A program made the translations under genes and the position numbers. DNA of 64,000 nt, taken from NCBI GenBank assembly GCA_963677925.2, contig CAXXYH010000004.1:1952001-2016000 (forward strand), in the 5' to 3' direction. The notes beneath the pieces are model-generated. The model saw nothing but the letters and a program-made list of their open reading frames with translations, did not search any database and was not told the DNA's origin. This DNA is from Spirochaetia bacterium (GTDB lineage Bacteria; Spirochaetota; Spirochaetia; UBA9216). Shown here in pieces: positions 10,308 through 20,040 of the stretch (position 1 is its first letter; every line of letters begins with the position of its first letter).

Positions 10308-11491
10308 TAAACTCTCCTGAATGATTCAGTGCCTATATCAAGTACTGCCTTGATTATCCTCGAAATATCATCATCAGTCAAACCAGGGTAAATCGGCAGG
10401 CTGAAAGAATTTATAAACCTGTTGAGGCTGTTGGGAAAGTCTTCAGGCCTGAATCCGTATCTCTTTTTATAGTAACTCATAAGATGAAGGGGTTTGTAAT
10501 GAACCGATGTGCCTATTCCCAGTTCCCCGAGTCTGAAAACAAACTCATCCCTGTCTATGTTGAGCCTTCCGGGAACAAGCCCGGCTATGTAGAGATGCCA
10601 GGAATTCTGTGCAGGGGCGGGCGGCAGTCTGATAAATCCGCAGTCGGAGAAGGCTTCGCTGTATCTTCGTGCAATTTCCTCCCTTCGGGATTTCATGGCT
10701 CCGGCTTTTTTCAGCTGAACCAGTCCTATGGAAGAAGCGATATCTGTCAGGTTGTATTTAAAGCCGGGAGCGGCTATGTCGTATTCCCAGGAGTTTTTTC
10801 CTTTGCTCTGATACCTGTTCCAGGCCTCCCTGTCAAAACCGTGAAAACGCATCAGCTTCATCCGGGCGGCGGCTTCTTCGTTATCAGTGATTACCATGCC
10901 GCCTTCGCCGGTAGCAATGCATTTTGTAGCATAGAATGAATACACAAGCATTGTGCTGCTTCCGGAAAGAGAGTCCTGCTCAGGCTGCAGATGTGCGCCG
11001 TCCTCAATAACAGCCAGTGATGCTGAAGAAGCTATATCATTGATGGTCTTCATGTCGCAGAGACAGCCGCCTGTGTGAACGGGAATTACAGCGCTGATTC
11101 TGCGGCTTTCACCTCTACGGTTTTTCTCCAGCGCGGCTTCAATGCCCTCCGGTGAAATCAGAAAGCTGTCGTCTTCAATGTCGACAAAAAGCGGATCGGC
11201 GCCGGTGTATCTGATAATTTCAGCTGAGGCTGTAAATGTGTAGGGTGTGGTTATTACCAGATCGCCGCTTTCGGTTCCGGCGGCTTCGAGTGCAAGGTGC
11301 AGGCCGGCTGTCGCGGAATTTACTGCCAGTGCATGTGATGCCGATGTGATGTCGGCAACTGCATTCTCAAATTCAGCGGTTACTTTGCCTGTAGTAAGCC
11401 AGCCGCTGCGGATAACCTCTGCTGCGGCATCGGCTTCTTCATCGTTGAACCATGGCTTTGCAAAGGGAATAAAATCAGTATTCTGCTTCAT
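10307..11491 (-). CDS. DegT/DnrJ/EryC1/StrS family PLP-dependent sugar aminotransferase
   Basis: IPFAKP, SGWLTTG, NSATAGLH, EDGAH, SFYATK, GEGG, G.KYN; start re-called to ATG 11491. Confidence 0.93.
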   Translation of the reverse strand: MKQNTDFIPFAKPWFNDEEADAAAEVIRSGWLTTGKVTAEFENAVADITSASHALAVNSATAGLHLALEAAGTESGDLVITTPYTFTASAEIIRYTGADPLFVDIEDDSFLISPEGIEAALEKNRRGESRRISAVIPVHTGGCLCDMKTINDIASSASLAVIEDGAHLQPEQDSLSGSSTMLVYSFYATKCIATGEGGMVITDNEEAAARMKLMRFHGFDREAWNRYQSKGKNSWEYDIAAPGFKYNLTDIASSIGLVQLKKAGAMKSRREEIARRYSEAFSDCGFIRLPPAPAQNSWHLYIAGLVPGRLNIDRDEFVFRLGELGIGTSVHYKPLHLMSYYKKRYGFRPEDFPNSLNRFINSFSLPIYPGLTDDDISRIIKAVLDIGTESFRRV

Positions 11492-12962
11492 CTTCCGGTA
11501 TCTCCAGTGCGGGAATATAGGTCTGGAGTGTTTCCCGGAGCCTTCTCCGGTTCCGGTAGTACTGCTCAAAACCAGGGGTGAAAAAACATACGCAGGAAAG
11601 TTTTTCTATAAGTGTTTTCATGCTTCCGTTGAAGCGAATTTTTTTGTCGAGTTTTATAATTCCGGGAAAGTCTGTTTCAAGCGGCTTTTCATCATCGGCC
11701 CAGAGTTTTTCTTCAAGTTTTTCACCCGGTCGGAGTCCAATAATATTTACCGGGATATCTTTTTCTGGTCTGAAACCGTAGAATCTTATCATCTGGTCGG
11801 CCAGATCCTTGATTCGGATTGGATCCCCCATATCAAGAAGGTAGAGATTTCCTCCCTTTCCTACGCCTCCGGCCTTGAGCACAAGAGAGGCTGCTTCAGG
11901 GATGGTCATGAAGTATCTGGTAATATCGGGGTGGGTGATTGTAACAGGACCGCCTTTGCTGATCTGCTTTTGAAAGAGCGGGACAATACTGCCCCTTGAG
12001 CCCAGAACATTTCCAAAACGTACGGCCATCATCTCGGTTTTCCCATAGTTTTGGTCGCTGTTTCCCGCCAGTACGATTTCCTCGGCTAGCATCTTGGACG
12101 AACCGTAAATGCTGACAGGTTCAACCGCCTTGTCAGTCGATATCAGTACAAATTTTGAAACCCCGGCTTTTTTAGCGGCTTCAACAATATTCTTTGTTCC
12201 GAAGACGTTGTTCTTTATAGCTTCGACGGGATTTGTTTCCATCATAGGCACATGCTTGTATGCGGCACAGTGAAAGATAACATCCGCTTTAAGTCTCGAA
12301 AGGATAAAATCAATGAATTCGCTGTCCTGAAGGTCTCCTACAACCGGTACGATTGTAGCTGCTTCACCGACGCCCTCTTCCTGAAGAAGCTTCAGTTCAG
12401 CATCTATTTCATAGAGGCTGTTCTCTCCGTGATCAAGCAGGTAGAGTCTCTGAGCTCCGCCGTATAGAAGCTGTCTGGAGAGTTCAGATCCTATGCTGCC
12501 GCCGGCTCCGGTTATCAGAACACGCTTTCCCCTGAGATAACTCAGACTTTCCTTTAATGATATGACTGCAGAGGCCCGGCCAAGCAGGTCCTGGGCTGAT
12601 ATCTCTCTGGTTTGTATAAGGTGGGCATCACCGTCAATTATCTGTGAAATTCCAGGCAGCAGCCGGATCTTTTTAAGCTCGGTGTCCTTGAGGATGGAGT
12701 ATATTCTTTTGAGATTATCGCCGGGGGTGCTCGGGATTGCTATGATGGCCTCATCTGCAGGGTTTTCTGCAATTATGCTTCGGGCATTATCGATAGGCCC
12801 GTAAACAGGAATCCCCTCGATTTTTTCGCCTATCTTACCGGGCGAGTCATCGATGAATCCTATGACCCTGCCGAATATTCCCTTTTTTATGAGTTCTGCG
12901 GCAATTTCCTGACCGGCGAAACCAGCACCGATGATGTAGATTCGATTACTCTTGCTTTCCAT
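11475..12962 (-). CDS. Nucleoside-diphosphate sugar 4,6-dehydratase (CapD/PglF-like), lacking the N-terminal membrane domain
   Basis: IIGAG..G, DLLGR, TGAGGSIGSEL, HCAAYKHVP, ISTDKAV, VRFGNVLGSRGS, GLRPGEKL. Confidence 0.93.
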   Translation of the reverse strand: MESKSNRIYIIGAGFAGQEIAAELIKKGIFGRVIGFIDDSPGKIGEKIEGIPVYGPIDNARSIIAENPADEAIIAIPSTPGDNLKRIYSILKDTELKKIRLLPGISQIIDGDAHLIQTREISAQDLLGRASAVISLKESLSYLRGKRVLITGAGGSIGSELSRQLLYGGAQRLYLLDHGENSLYEIDAELKLLQEEGVGEAATIVPVVGDLQDSEFIDFILSRLKADVIFHCAAYKHVPMMETNPVEAIKNNVFGTKNIVEAAKKAGVSKFVLISTDKAVEPVSIYGSSKMLAEEIVLAGNSDQNYGKTEMMAVRFGNVLGSRGSIVPLFQKQISKGGPVTITHPDITRYFMTIPEAASLVLKAGGVGKGGNLYLLDMGDPIRIKDLADQMIRFYGFRPEKDIPVNIIGLRPGEKLEEKLWADDEKPLETDFPGIIKLDKKIRFNGSMKTLIEKLSCVCFFTPGFEQYYRNRRRLRETLQTYIPALEIPEDEAEY

Positions 12963-13500
12963 TCTTCTCTTCTGTCGATTTTATAACATCAAATGCAAGA
13001 TCTACAAGCAAAGAATTATCATTTAATTCCAGTTTTATTTTAGCACGGCATTTTCTGCGGTCAACCTTTTGAATTATTCCCTCCAGACCCATCATCGGAC
13101 CCGAAATTACCTCAATCCGGTTATCCTGATTAAAGATTACCTTCGAATGTTCAATTATTTCCCCGAACGAAAGGAAGTGTCTGAGTATTTCCGAATCATG
13201 GCGCGAAAGAGGCTGTATATTTTTATTATCTTTCAGGAATCTGTAAAAGCCCGGGGTTCTGCGGATAATCCAGTGAAGTTCACTGTCAATTTCCTCTCCG
13301 CAGTAGAAAACATATCCCGGATACAGCGGTTTAAGGTTTCTGCGGACAACTCCGCCCTTTCGTTCGCTGAGCCGCCTCCGGGGCCAGATTATGTCTCTGC
13401 ATTTATCCTCGGAATAGCCGGCATTCTTCATTTTGAGCTTTACAAGACGGATAAAATTATCTTCTTTACCTGTTCTTACCTGAACAGCGTAGTAATTCAT
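12946..13500 (-). CDS. loaP: NusG paralogue antiterminator (LoaP/UpxY-like)
   Basis: YAVQVRTGKE, PLYPGYVF NGN domain; KOW SGP..GLEG.I.KVDRRK.RAKI. Confidence 0.8.
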   Translation of the reverse strand: MNYYAVQVRTGKEDNFIRLVKLKMKNAGYSEDKCRDIIWPRRRLSERKGGVVRRNLKPLYPGYVFYCGEEIDSELHWIIRRTPGFYRFLKDNKNIQPLSRHDSEILRHFLSFGEIIEHSKVIFNQDNRIEVISGPMMGLEGIIQKVDRRKCRAKIKLELNDNSLLVDLAFDVIKSTEEKNGKQE

Positions 13501-14759
13501 TTTTTCAGTCTCAGGTTTTTCTTTATCTCTTTAAGCTTTTCAGATTCAACCGGATCGGCTTTAACCCTGTCGAAGTATTCCATTATAAAAGCTGCAAATA
13601 TTGAAAGAAACATGACGGCAATGGTAACTATCATGCATATCTTGGAACGGCTGGGTCTTGCCTTCAGCTCAGGGATCTCGGCTCGTTCGATTATCTGAAA
13701 CTGTTTTGAATTATCAGCCTCTTCAAGTTTTACCGATTCAAGCTGGCTTTTTATTGTAAGGTAGAGCTGGCTCTGCAGTTCCACATCGCTTTTAAGGTTC
13801 AGATAGATTGCAGACAGCTCCGGAAGCTTGTTCTGCGGAATATAGTCGGATGATGAGGAGTAATCCTTGAAGCCGGCAGTCTTGGCATTTATAAGTTCTC
13901 TGAGATCGCCTATTTCGTTTTCAAGTCTCTTCACCTGAGGATCATCAGCCCTGCGTTTTTCCTGAAGATTCTTAAGTTCGACTTCCTTCTGGATGAGGTT
14001 TGAGTTCATCTGGGTAAGTTCGGTAATCTGAGCGGCGGTCTGGGTTTCTATATCCACAATCCCGTAGGTTTTCTGAAAATCAATAAGCTTGTTCTGAGAT
14101 TTGGTAAGTACGGCTTCCTGATCGGCGATGCGTTCTTCAAGAAAGGCCTTCTTTGTAATTATATTCTCCATAGTAAGGCCGCGGAATCTCTCTTCGAGAA
14201 GTTCAAGTGAACGGTTTACAACTTTTGTGGCAAATTCTCTGTCTGTATTCTCATATCCAATTGTCATGAAGCCTGTACTTGAATCAAAATCTGTTTTAAG
14301 GTTATCTTTATACATTCTCCGGCTTGAAGATACAGGATTTTTTTCTATACCGTATAATTCTACGAAATTAAACTCTTCAGCAATCTGGTCTGCAATGGTG
14401 TTCCCGACGATGAGAGCCTGAGCCAGATCAGCATTGGACGAGCCCCCGCTTGAGCCTACGAGTCCGGAGAGTATTCCAAGGTCGCTGCTGTTGAGGATGC
14501 TCTGGATCCCCGATGAACTTGATGATTCCTGCAGGCGGACGATAACCTCGGGTTTGAAGATGTTGGGCAGCTTGTTAAAAGGGGAATCAGGCGGAAGCAC
14601 CAGTGAAAGAACTGAATAACCTGCAATAAAGACAGCAGCGGCGAAGGTGCTGAAAAAAATGAACTTCCATCTTTTTGCCAGTACTCCGATTAGGTCCATC
14701 AATGATATTTCATCTTCTTCCTGTTCTGTTACTGTAGGCTGAATGTTTTCGCTGGGCAT
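13497..14759 (-). CDS. Wzz/GNVR polysaccharide chain-length determinant (co-polymerase)
   Basis: EDEISLMDL, N- and C-terminal TM helices, coiled coil, IERAEIPE.KARP.R; start re-called to ATG 14759 after GGAGAG. Confidence 0.88.
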   Translation of the reverse strand: MPSENIQPTVTEQEEDEISLMDLIGVLAKRWKFIFFSTFAAAVFIAGYSVLSLVLPPDSPFNKLPNIFKPEVIVRLQESSSSSGIQSILNSSDLGILSGLVGSSGGSSNADLAQALIVGNTIADQIAEEFNFVELYGIEKNPVSSSRRMYKDNLKTDFDSSTGFMTIGYENTDREFATKVVNRSLELLEERFRGLTMENIITKKAFLEERIADQEAVLTKSQNKLIDFQKTYGIVDIETQTAAQITELTQMNSNLIQKEVELKNLQEKRRADDPQVKRLENEIGDLRELINAKTAGFKDYSSSSDYIPQNKLPELSAIYLNLKSDVELQSQLYLTIKSQLESVKLEEADNSKQFQIIERAEIPELKARPSRSKICMIVTIAVMFLSIFAAFIMEYFDRVKADPVESEKLKEIKKNLRLKK

Positions 14760-14813
14760 AGACTCTCCGGTTTTGAATATTACATTGTAAACTATCACGA
14801 TAATCGAATAGCT

Positions 14814-14840
14814 TCAAGATTGGACATGCAATTCCGATAA
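14814..14840 (+). promoter_or_regulatory. sigma28 (FliA)-like promoter, probably leaderless
   Basis: TCAA-N15-TCCGATAA, 7 nt before ATG 14848; no Shine-Dalgarno. Confidence 0.6.
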
Positions 14841-14847
14841 TCAGTAT

Positions 14848-15324
14848 ATGAAACTGAAATTTATATTTACTGCAATATTAATCATGACAGCATCTTTAGT
14901 AAGCGCAGAAACAGTCATTCTCTGTATCGATGACAATAATCCGGCGATAGAGAGAGAGGATTGGCCGGTTACAGTTGCCAGATGCTTTGAAGACGGTATT
15001 ATGGATGTCTTTTTTGAGCAGGGACATATAATCACTAATGTGCTGCTTAATCAGCTCGATGAGAGCAAGACCGCTGATTTTGCAAAGGAATGCGGAGCCG
15101 GGCTGGTGCTACATGTAAGAGTCATTTATCCTGATGTAATTGGAGATAATCTTCCGGTACCCGAGAGGGCGGAATACAGCCTCAGTGATGATAAGGGAAA
15201 GAATATTATACAAACAGAGGAACTCCGGCTTGATGAACTCAACTCCGATATAGCTCAGGATATTCTTGATGTATTCACGCTGGCCGGAAAAATCATCGGT
15301 GAACACGCCGTTTCAGGTATCTGA
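14848..15324 (+). CDS. Hypothetical exported protein
   Basis: Signal peptide (…ASLVSA-E); 158-aa ORF filling the gap. Confidence 0.75.
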   Translation: MKLKFIFTAILIMTASLVSAETVILCIDDNNPAIEREDWPVTVARCFEDGIMDVFFEQGHIITNVLLNQLDESKTADFAKECGAGLVLHVRVIYPDVIGDNLPVPERAEYSLSDDKGKNIIQTEELRLDELNSDIAQDILDVFTLAGKIIGEHAVSGI

Positions 15325-15384
15325 GGTGTAAATAAATATAAACATGCGTAGATTTTATTCCGATTAATGGAACAGGAGTCTCTT

Positions 15385-17259
15385 ATGTCTGTAATTTTAA
15401 AAAAACTTACTGCAGTCACTTTGGCACTTATAATGCTTATTCTGATTCCAGTATTTAATATCTCATCAGAATCAGTCTGGGAGGGAAGTGCTGCGCTGGG
15501 CCGTTACGGGGAGTTCCCTAATTCAGGTCTTTACGGTGCATCCAATTCATTCCCCAAAAATTCTTTCGTTGAAGTTGAGAATATTGAAAATGGAAAAAGA
15601 GTCAGAGTAATAATTGTAGATCGACTGGACAATTCGGGTCTGCTGATGCTTCTTTCCACAGAGGCAGGCGGGGAACTCGGTATATACCGCAATGATATCT
15701 CAAGAATCAGGGTCAAAATGATTTCCGATAATAACGCGGAACGCTCTATAATGCATGATGATCTGGCCTATAATCCAGATCCGGATCTTAATCCTGCAGC
15801 GTCCCTTACCGACCCGGAATCAATGGTTTACGGAAATTACAGCACAAAGACAGAGCCCGTCCTGCAGCCTGAACTAAATCCTGAACCCGAAGTTGAAACG
15901 CTTCCCGAACCGGAAACCGAGGCTGTCCCTGAAGTGACTGAGGTTCCTGAAGTAAATGAGCCTGTTGAGATTGCCGAAGCCGCTGAAGCAGAAACTACAG
16001 TTAATAGAACGGCTGATACTGAAGCAGTCGAGCCAGTGGAAGCAGCAGAAACCGCTGTTCAGCCCGAAGTCGAAGCAGAACCTGAGATTCTTCCTCCGGT
16101 TGTCACAACCCTGACTGATGATGACCGCGGTTATATACCGGAAGAACCGGAGCTCAGACTGCTGTCATCCGGTCTTAGAGAAACTGCTCCTGTACGGGAA
16201 TATGAGGCAAATTACCGAATTACAAATGTTCCCCAGAAAATTGAGGCAGAAGATCCTGAAATTGAAACTCTGACAGAAGCAAGCGATTACTACTATCCTG
16301 CATCGGCAGATTCTGAGCTGAGCAGAGAATTTACAGACTTTCCTTCTATATATATCCCGGAACAGCTGATGGCTGTACTTGTAGGAGATTCGGAAATGGC
16401 GGAAGCTTATCCGATGGAACCGGCAGTTAGTAAAACCTTTACACCTTCTCCCGGGCTGCCTGAAAGAGAATCCGAAGACCGGGTCCTGGTTGCTGAACTT
16501 TCAGAATCCGCTCCGCTTACAGAGGACTATAGCGGTATGAGTTATGATGCAGTTCCGCAGCTGCCGGGAAAGGCTGACAGGACTCCGATTGAGGTTGCCG
16601 ACGGATACGTTGAACCTGTGAAAGAAGATTATGCCCCCGAACTGGCTGATCTGCCGGATGTCGCGGGAAATGCAGCTGAGATTCCTTCCGTGGATGATAT
16701 TGAGTTCAGCGATGCTCCTGACGAAATTGCTGAAGCCCCTGTAGATGAAACGCTTCCCGAGCCGGAAAAGATACCGGAATACCGTGAAGATGTAACTATA
16801 AGTATGGAGCCTGCGGAAGCCAGACCTCCGGTTGCCGGGACCGTGGAAACAATGGAAGGTACTGAAACTGAAGCTGAAAAAGTACCGGAACCCGAATCTG
16901 AACCGGAAAAGGTTATTGTTGCTGAAGTTGAGGCTGTTCCTGAGGAAGATGTTCCCGAAGCAGCTGCATCTGCTGTGGTTGCGCCTGCTGGTAATCCTGA
17001 AAGAATCGTGATGGCGGCAGCTCTTGAGCAGAGTTATCATTATCTTCAGATTGGGTCATTCCGTGAAAAGAGTTCGGCCGTCAGTGCAGCCGGAAAGCTG
17101 AACGAGGGATATCCTCTAATCATACTGACTGATTCATCTGCCGGGGTAACAAGGTACAAACTTCTTGTCGGCCCGCTTTCAGCTGATGAGAGCGGTGCGC
17201 TTCTTTACAATTTTCGTTCCGGAGGGTATGCTGATGCATTCGTAAGGAGATTGGATTAG
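15385..17259 (+). CDS. SPOR-domain protein with N-terminal RlpA/DPBB-like domain and long acidic Glu/Pro linker
   Basis: AGGAG RBS before ATG 15385; WEG.A..ASNSFP....V.V.N..NGK.V.V.IVDR; C-terminal YLQIGSF...Y.LLVGP...GY.DAFVR. Confidence 0.85.
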   Translation: MSVILKKLTAVTLALIMLILIPVFNISSESVWEGSAALGRYGEFPNSGLYGASNSFPKNSFVEVENIENGKRVRVIIVDRLDNSGLLMLLSTEAGGELGIYRNDISRIRVKMISDNNAERSIMHDDLAYNPDPDLNPAASLTDPESMVYGNYSTKTEPVLQPELNPEPEVETLPEPETEAVPEVTEVPEVNEPVEIAEAAEAETTVNRTADTEAVEPVEAAETAVQPEVEAEPEILPPVVTTLTDDDRGYIPEEPELRLLSSGLRETAPVREYEANYRITNVPQKIEAEDPEIETLTEASDYYYPASADSELSREFTDFPSIYIPEQLMAVLVGDSEMAEAYPMEPAVSKTFTPSPGLPERESEDRVLVAELSESAPLTEDYSGMSYDAVPQLPGKADRTPIEVADGYVEPVKEDYAPELADLPDVAGNAAEIPSVDDIEFSDAPDEIAEAPVDETLPEPEKIPEYREDVTISMEPAEARPPVAGTVETMEGTETEAEKVPEPESEPEKVIVAEVEAVPEEDVPEAAASAVVAPAGNPERIVMAAALEQSYHYLQIGSFREKSSAVSAAGKLNEGYPLIILTDSSAGVTRYKLLVGPLSADESGALLYNFRSGGYADAFVRRLD

Positions 17260-17265
17260 TACCTG

Positions 17266-19252
17266 ATGGAAAAAGATGAAGTATTAAAGGAGATTCGGAG
17301 ACTTTCGGATCTCCTTCGTTTATATCAGCATGAATACTATGTGCTGGCCCGCCCAAGCGTCCCTGACAGTGAATATGACAGCCTGTTTGACCGCCTTCAG
17401 ACACTTGAAAATGAATATCCTGAACTCGCAGAACCTGATTCACCTGTAAAAAGGGTCGGCTCGGATCTGGCTTCGGATCTTCCGGAAGTTGAGCACAGTA
17501 TTCCTGTGCTTTCACTTGATAAGGCATATTCTGCAGAGGATGTTGCAGCCTGGATGGAGAAAACATCAAAAAATGCCGGTGCTGATTTGACCTTCTCTGT
17601 GGAGGAAAAGATTGACGGTATTTCTATAGTTCTTTACTACGAAGACGGCCGTCTGCAGAGAGCTGTGACAAGGGGCAACGGATATATCGGAAACGATGTG
17701 ACTGCAAATGTTTCAACAATAGGTTCAGTGCCCCTTAGACTTCCCGAGCCGCTTAAAGTTGCAGTTCGCGGAGAAATATATCTTCCGGTTTCAAAGTTCG
17801 AAGAGCTTAATGCCGGAATGGAAGTTCCCTACGCAAACCCCAGAAACCTGGCTGCAGGATCTGTGAGACGGAAAAAAAGCTCGGAGGTTGCCAGGATTCC
17901 TCTTGATATTTTTGTTTATGAGGGCTTTTTTGAAAACTTTTCCGGTAATCAGAAGGAAATATTCAAGAAACTTGCAGAGCTGGGATTCCGTATCAATCCT
18001 GCATCAAGATTTCTCGATTCGGTTGATGAACTAAGAGCGTATATAAATGAAAGGACTGATATTCGGCCCCTCTCTTCCTTATGAAATTGACGGACTTGTA
18101 GTGAAGGTGAATGAAATCTCTGCAAGGGAAGAGCTTGGATATACAGGCCATCATCCCCGCTGGGCAATCGCATATAAATTTGAATCGGCTGCCGGCATTA
18201 CTGTCCTCAAGGATATTGATGTTCAGGTCGGCCGGACAGGGCGTATAACTCCTGTGGGAAGAGTTGAACCTGTTTTGATCGGTGGTTCCACTGTTTCAAA
18301 TGTCACCCTGCACAATGAAGAATACATAAATATGCTAGAGCTTGCTCCCGGTGATACTGTTGCTGTTTCAAAACGCGGCGATGTAATCCCGGCCGTTGAA
18401 AAAGTTGTGGAGAAGGGAGAGAACTCACTTGCCGTATGGCATTTTCCGGCAAACTGCCCCAGCTGCGGTACTGCCCTCAGCAAAAAAGGCGCCCACCACT
18501 TCTGTACTAACCGCGACTGTCCCGACCAGATTCGTGGCCGGATTTTCTTCTTTATTGGCAAGGGCCAGATGGATATTGAAAACTTCGGGCCCGAGACTGT
18601 TGATTTTCTGATCAAAAAAGGCCTCATCCAGGATACTCCGGATATTTTTACCGCTGACTATGAAACCCTGGCCGAAGAAAAAGGTTTTGGTGAAAAGAAG
18701 ATTAAACTTATCCGGGACGGAATAAAGAAAAGTCTTGATAACTCCTTTGTTACAGTGCTTACATCTCTTGGCATTCCGGATCTTGGACGCAAGGCTTCCG
18801 AGCTTCTTATTGAAGCCGGTTTTTATAATATAGACAAATTGACTGAAGCTGCAAAAGAGGGTAATTCAGAAGTCTTTACTTCTATTCACGGTATCGGCGA
18901 AAGAACCGCTGATGTAATCATAGAAGCCTTAAGTGACCCGGCTATGCTTGAACGGATTGAAGCTTTAAAACAGGCCGGTCTGTGCTTTGAAGCGGATCCT
19001 GCTGAAACCTCCCCCGCAGAAGGTATTTTCTCGGGACAAAGCTGGTGCATTACCGGCAGTTTTGAGAATTACAAGCCAAGGGAAGCTGCTCTGGAAGAAA
19101 TTAAAAAACGCGGCGGAAAGACAGTTGGTCAGGTGACTGGTAATACAACTCATCTGCTCTGCGGTGCCGGAGGCGGAAGCAAGAAGACAAAGGCCGAAAA
19201 ACTCGGTGTTAAGATAGTGAGTGAACAGGAATTTTTAACAATGCTTGATTAA
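17266..19252 (+). CDS. ligA: NAD-dependent DNA ligase, interrupted by a +1 frameshift at about 18067-18070 (ORFs 17266-18084 and 18047-19252)
   Basis: EEKIDG, TRGNG, ANPRN in the first frame; YEIDG.V.K, PRWAIAYKF, QVGRTG, Zn finger, HhH and BRCT in the second; removing one C from CGGCCCCTCT restores RPSLPYEIDG. Confidence 0.93.
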
Positions 19253-20018
19253 GGCAGGATATATGAAGGCTGATGATCGCAGAACCGCAGATGAACTCAG
19301 GGGAAGGGGCTTCGGAGTAATACCTCCCGATCAGTATCTAATAGATATGGAGCCGGAGTTTAAAAAAATCTGGGAGAAGGCTGAGGCTTTCACCATGACC
19401 TCTGTTGAACGCGGTTATGCACTATATAATGCTGTAAGGTATATCATTTTAAATGATATACAGGGAGACTTTGCTGAATGCGGTGTCTGGAAGGGCGGTT
19501 CCTGTATGATAGCGGCAATGACCCTGCTTGAACTAGGAGTGAGGGACCGGAAGATTTATCTTTATGACACATTCAGCGGAATGCCCGAACCCTCCGACCA
19601 GGATTATATTGCCTCAAACGGCAGAAGCGTCAGGGAAAAATGGCTTGCCGACGACAGGGGACGGGGACCTGGATTCGGTCACTGGGCTGTCGGTTCGGAA
19701 GCAGTACGCCGGAACCTGGAGAATAGCGGCTATCCTGAGGATAATTTCATCTTTGTTGAAGGGCCTGTCGAAGAAACGCTTGATAACACTGTTCCTGAGT
19801 TCTTAAGTCTTCTAAGGCTTGATACCGACTGGTATGAATCGACAAAGACTGAACTTGAAATCCTGTATCCTGTTCTGTGCAGCAGAGGGGTCCTGATAAT
19901 AGATGACTACGGCCATTTTACCGGTGCCAGGACCGCTGTAGACGATTATTTCAGAGGCAGGGAACCCATCCTTCTTAACCGTATCGATTATACAGGACGA
20001 ATCGGCATCAAATACTGA
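19245..20018 (+). CDS. TylF/MycF/NovP family O-methyltransferase
   Basis: TMTS.ER, GDFAECGVWKGG, YDTFSGMP, LLRLDTDWYEST, IIDDYG. Confidence 0.9.
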   Translation: MIKAGYMKADDRRTADELRGRGFGVIPPDQYLIDMEPEFKKIWEKAEAFTMTSVERGYALYNAVRYIILNDIQGDFAECGVWKGGSCMIAAMTLLELGVRDRKIYLYDTFSGMPEPSDQDYIASNGRSVREKWLADDRGRGPGFGHWAVGSEAVRRNLENSGYPEDNFIFVEGPVEETLDNTVPEFLSLLRLDTDWYESTKTELEILYPVLCSRGVLIIDDYGHFTGARTAVDDYFRGREPILLNRIDYTGRIGIKY

Positions 20019-20040
20019 GTGATCTTCAGGCGTCTTCAAA

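Noticed and set aside
11247-13698. Long antisense ORFs (11247-11999, 13069-13698) and other shadow ORFs in the track
   Set aside because: They lie opposite well-supported genes and have no recognisable motifs or RBS.
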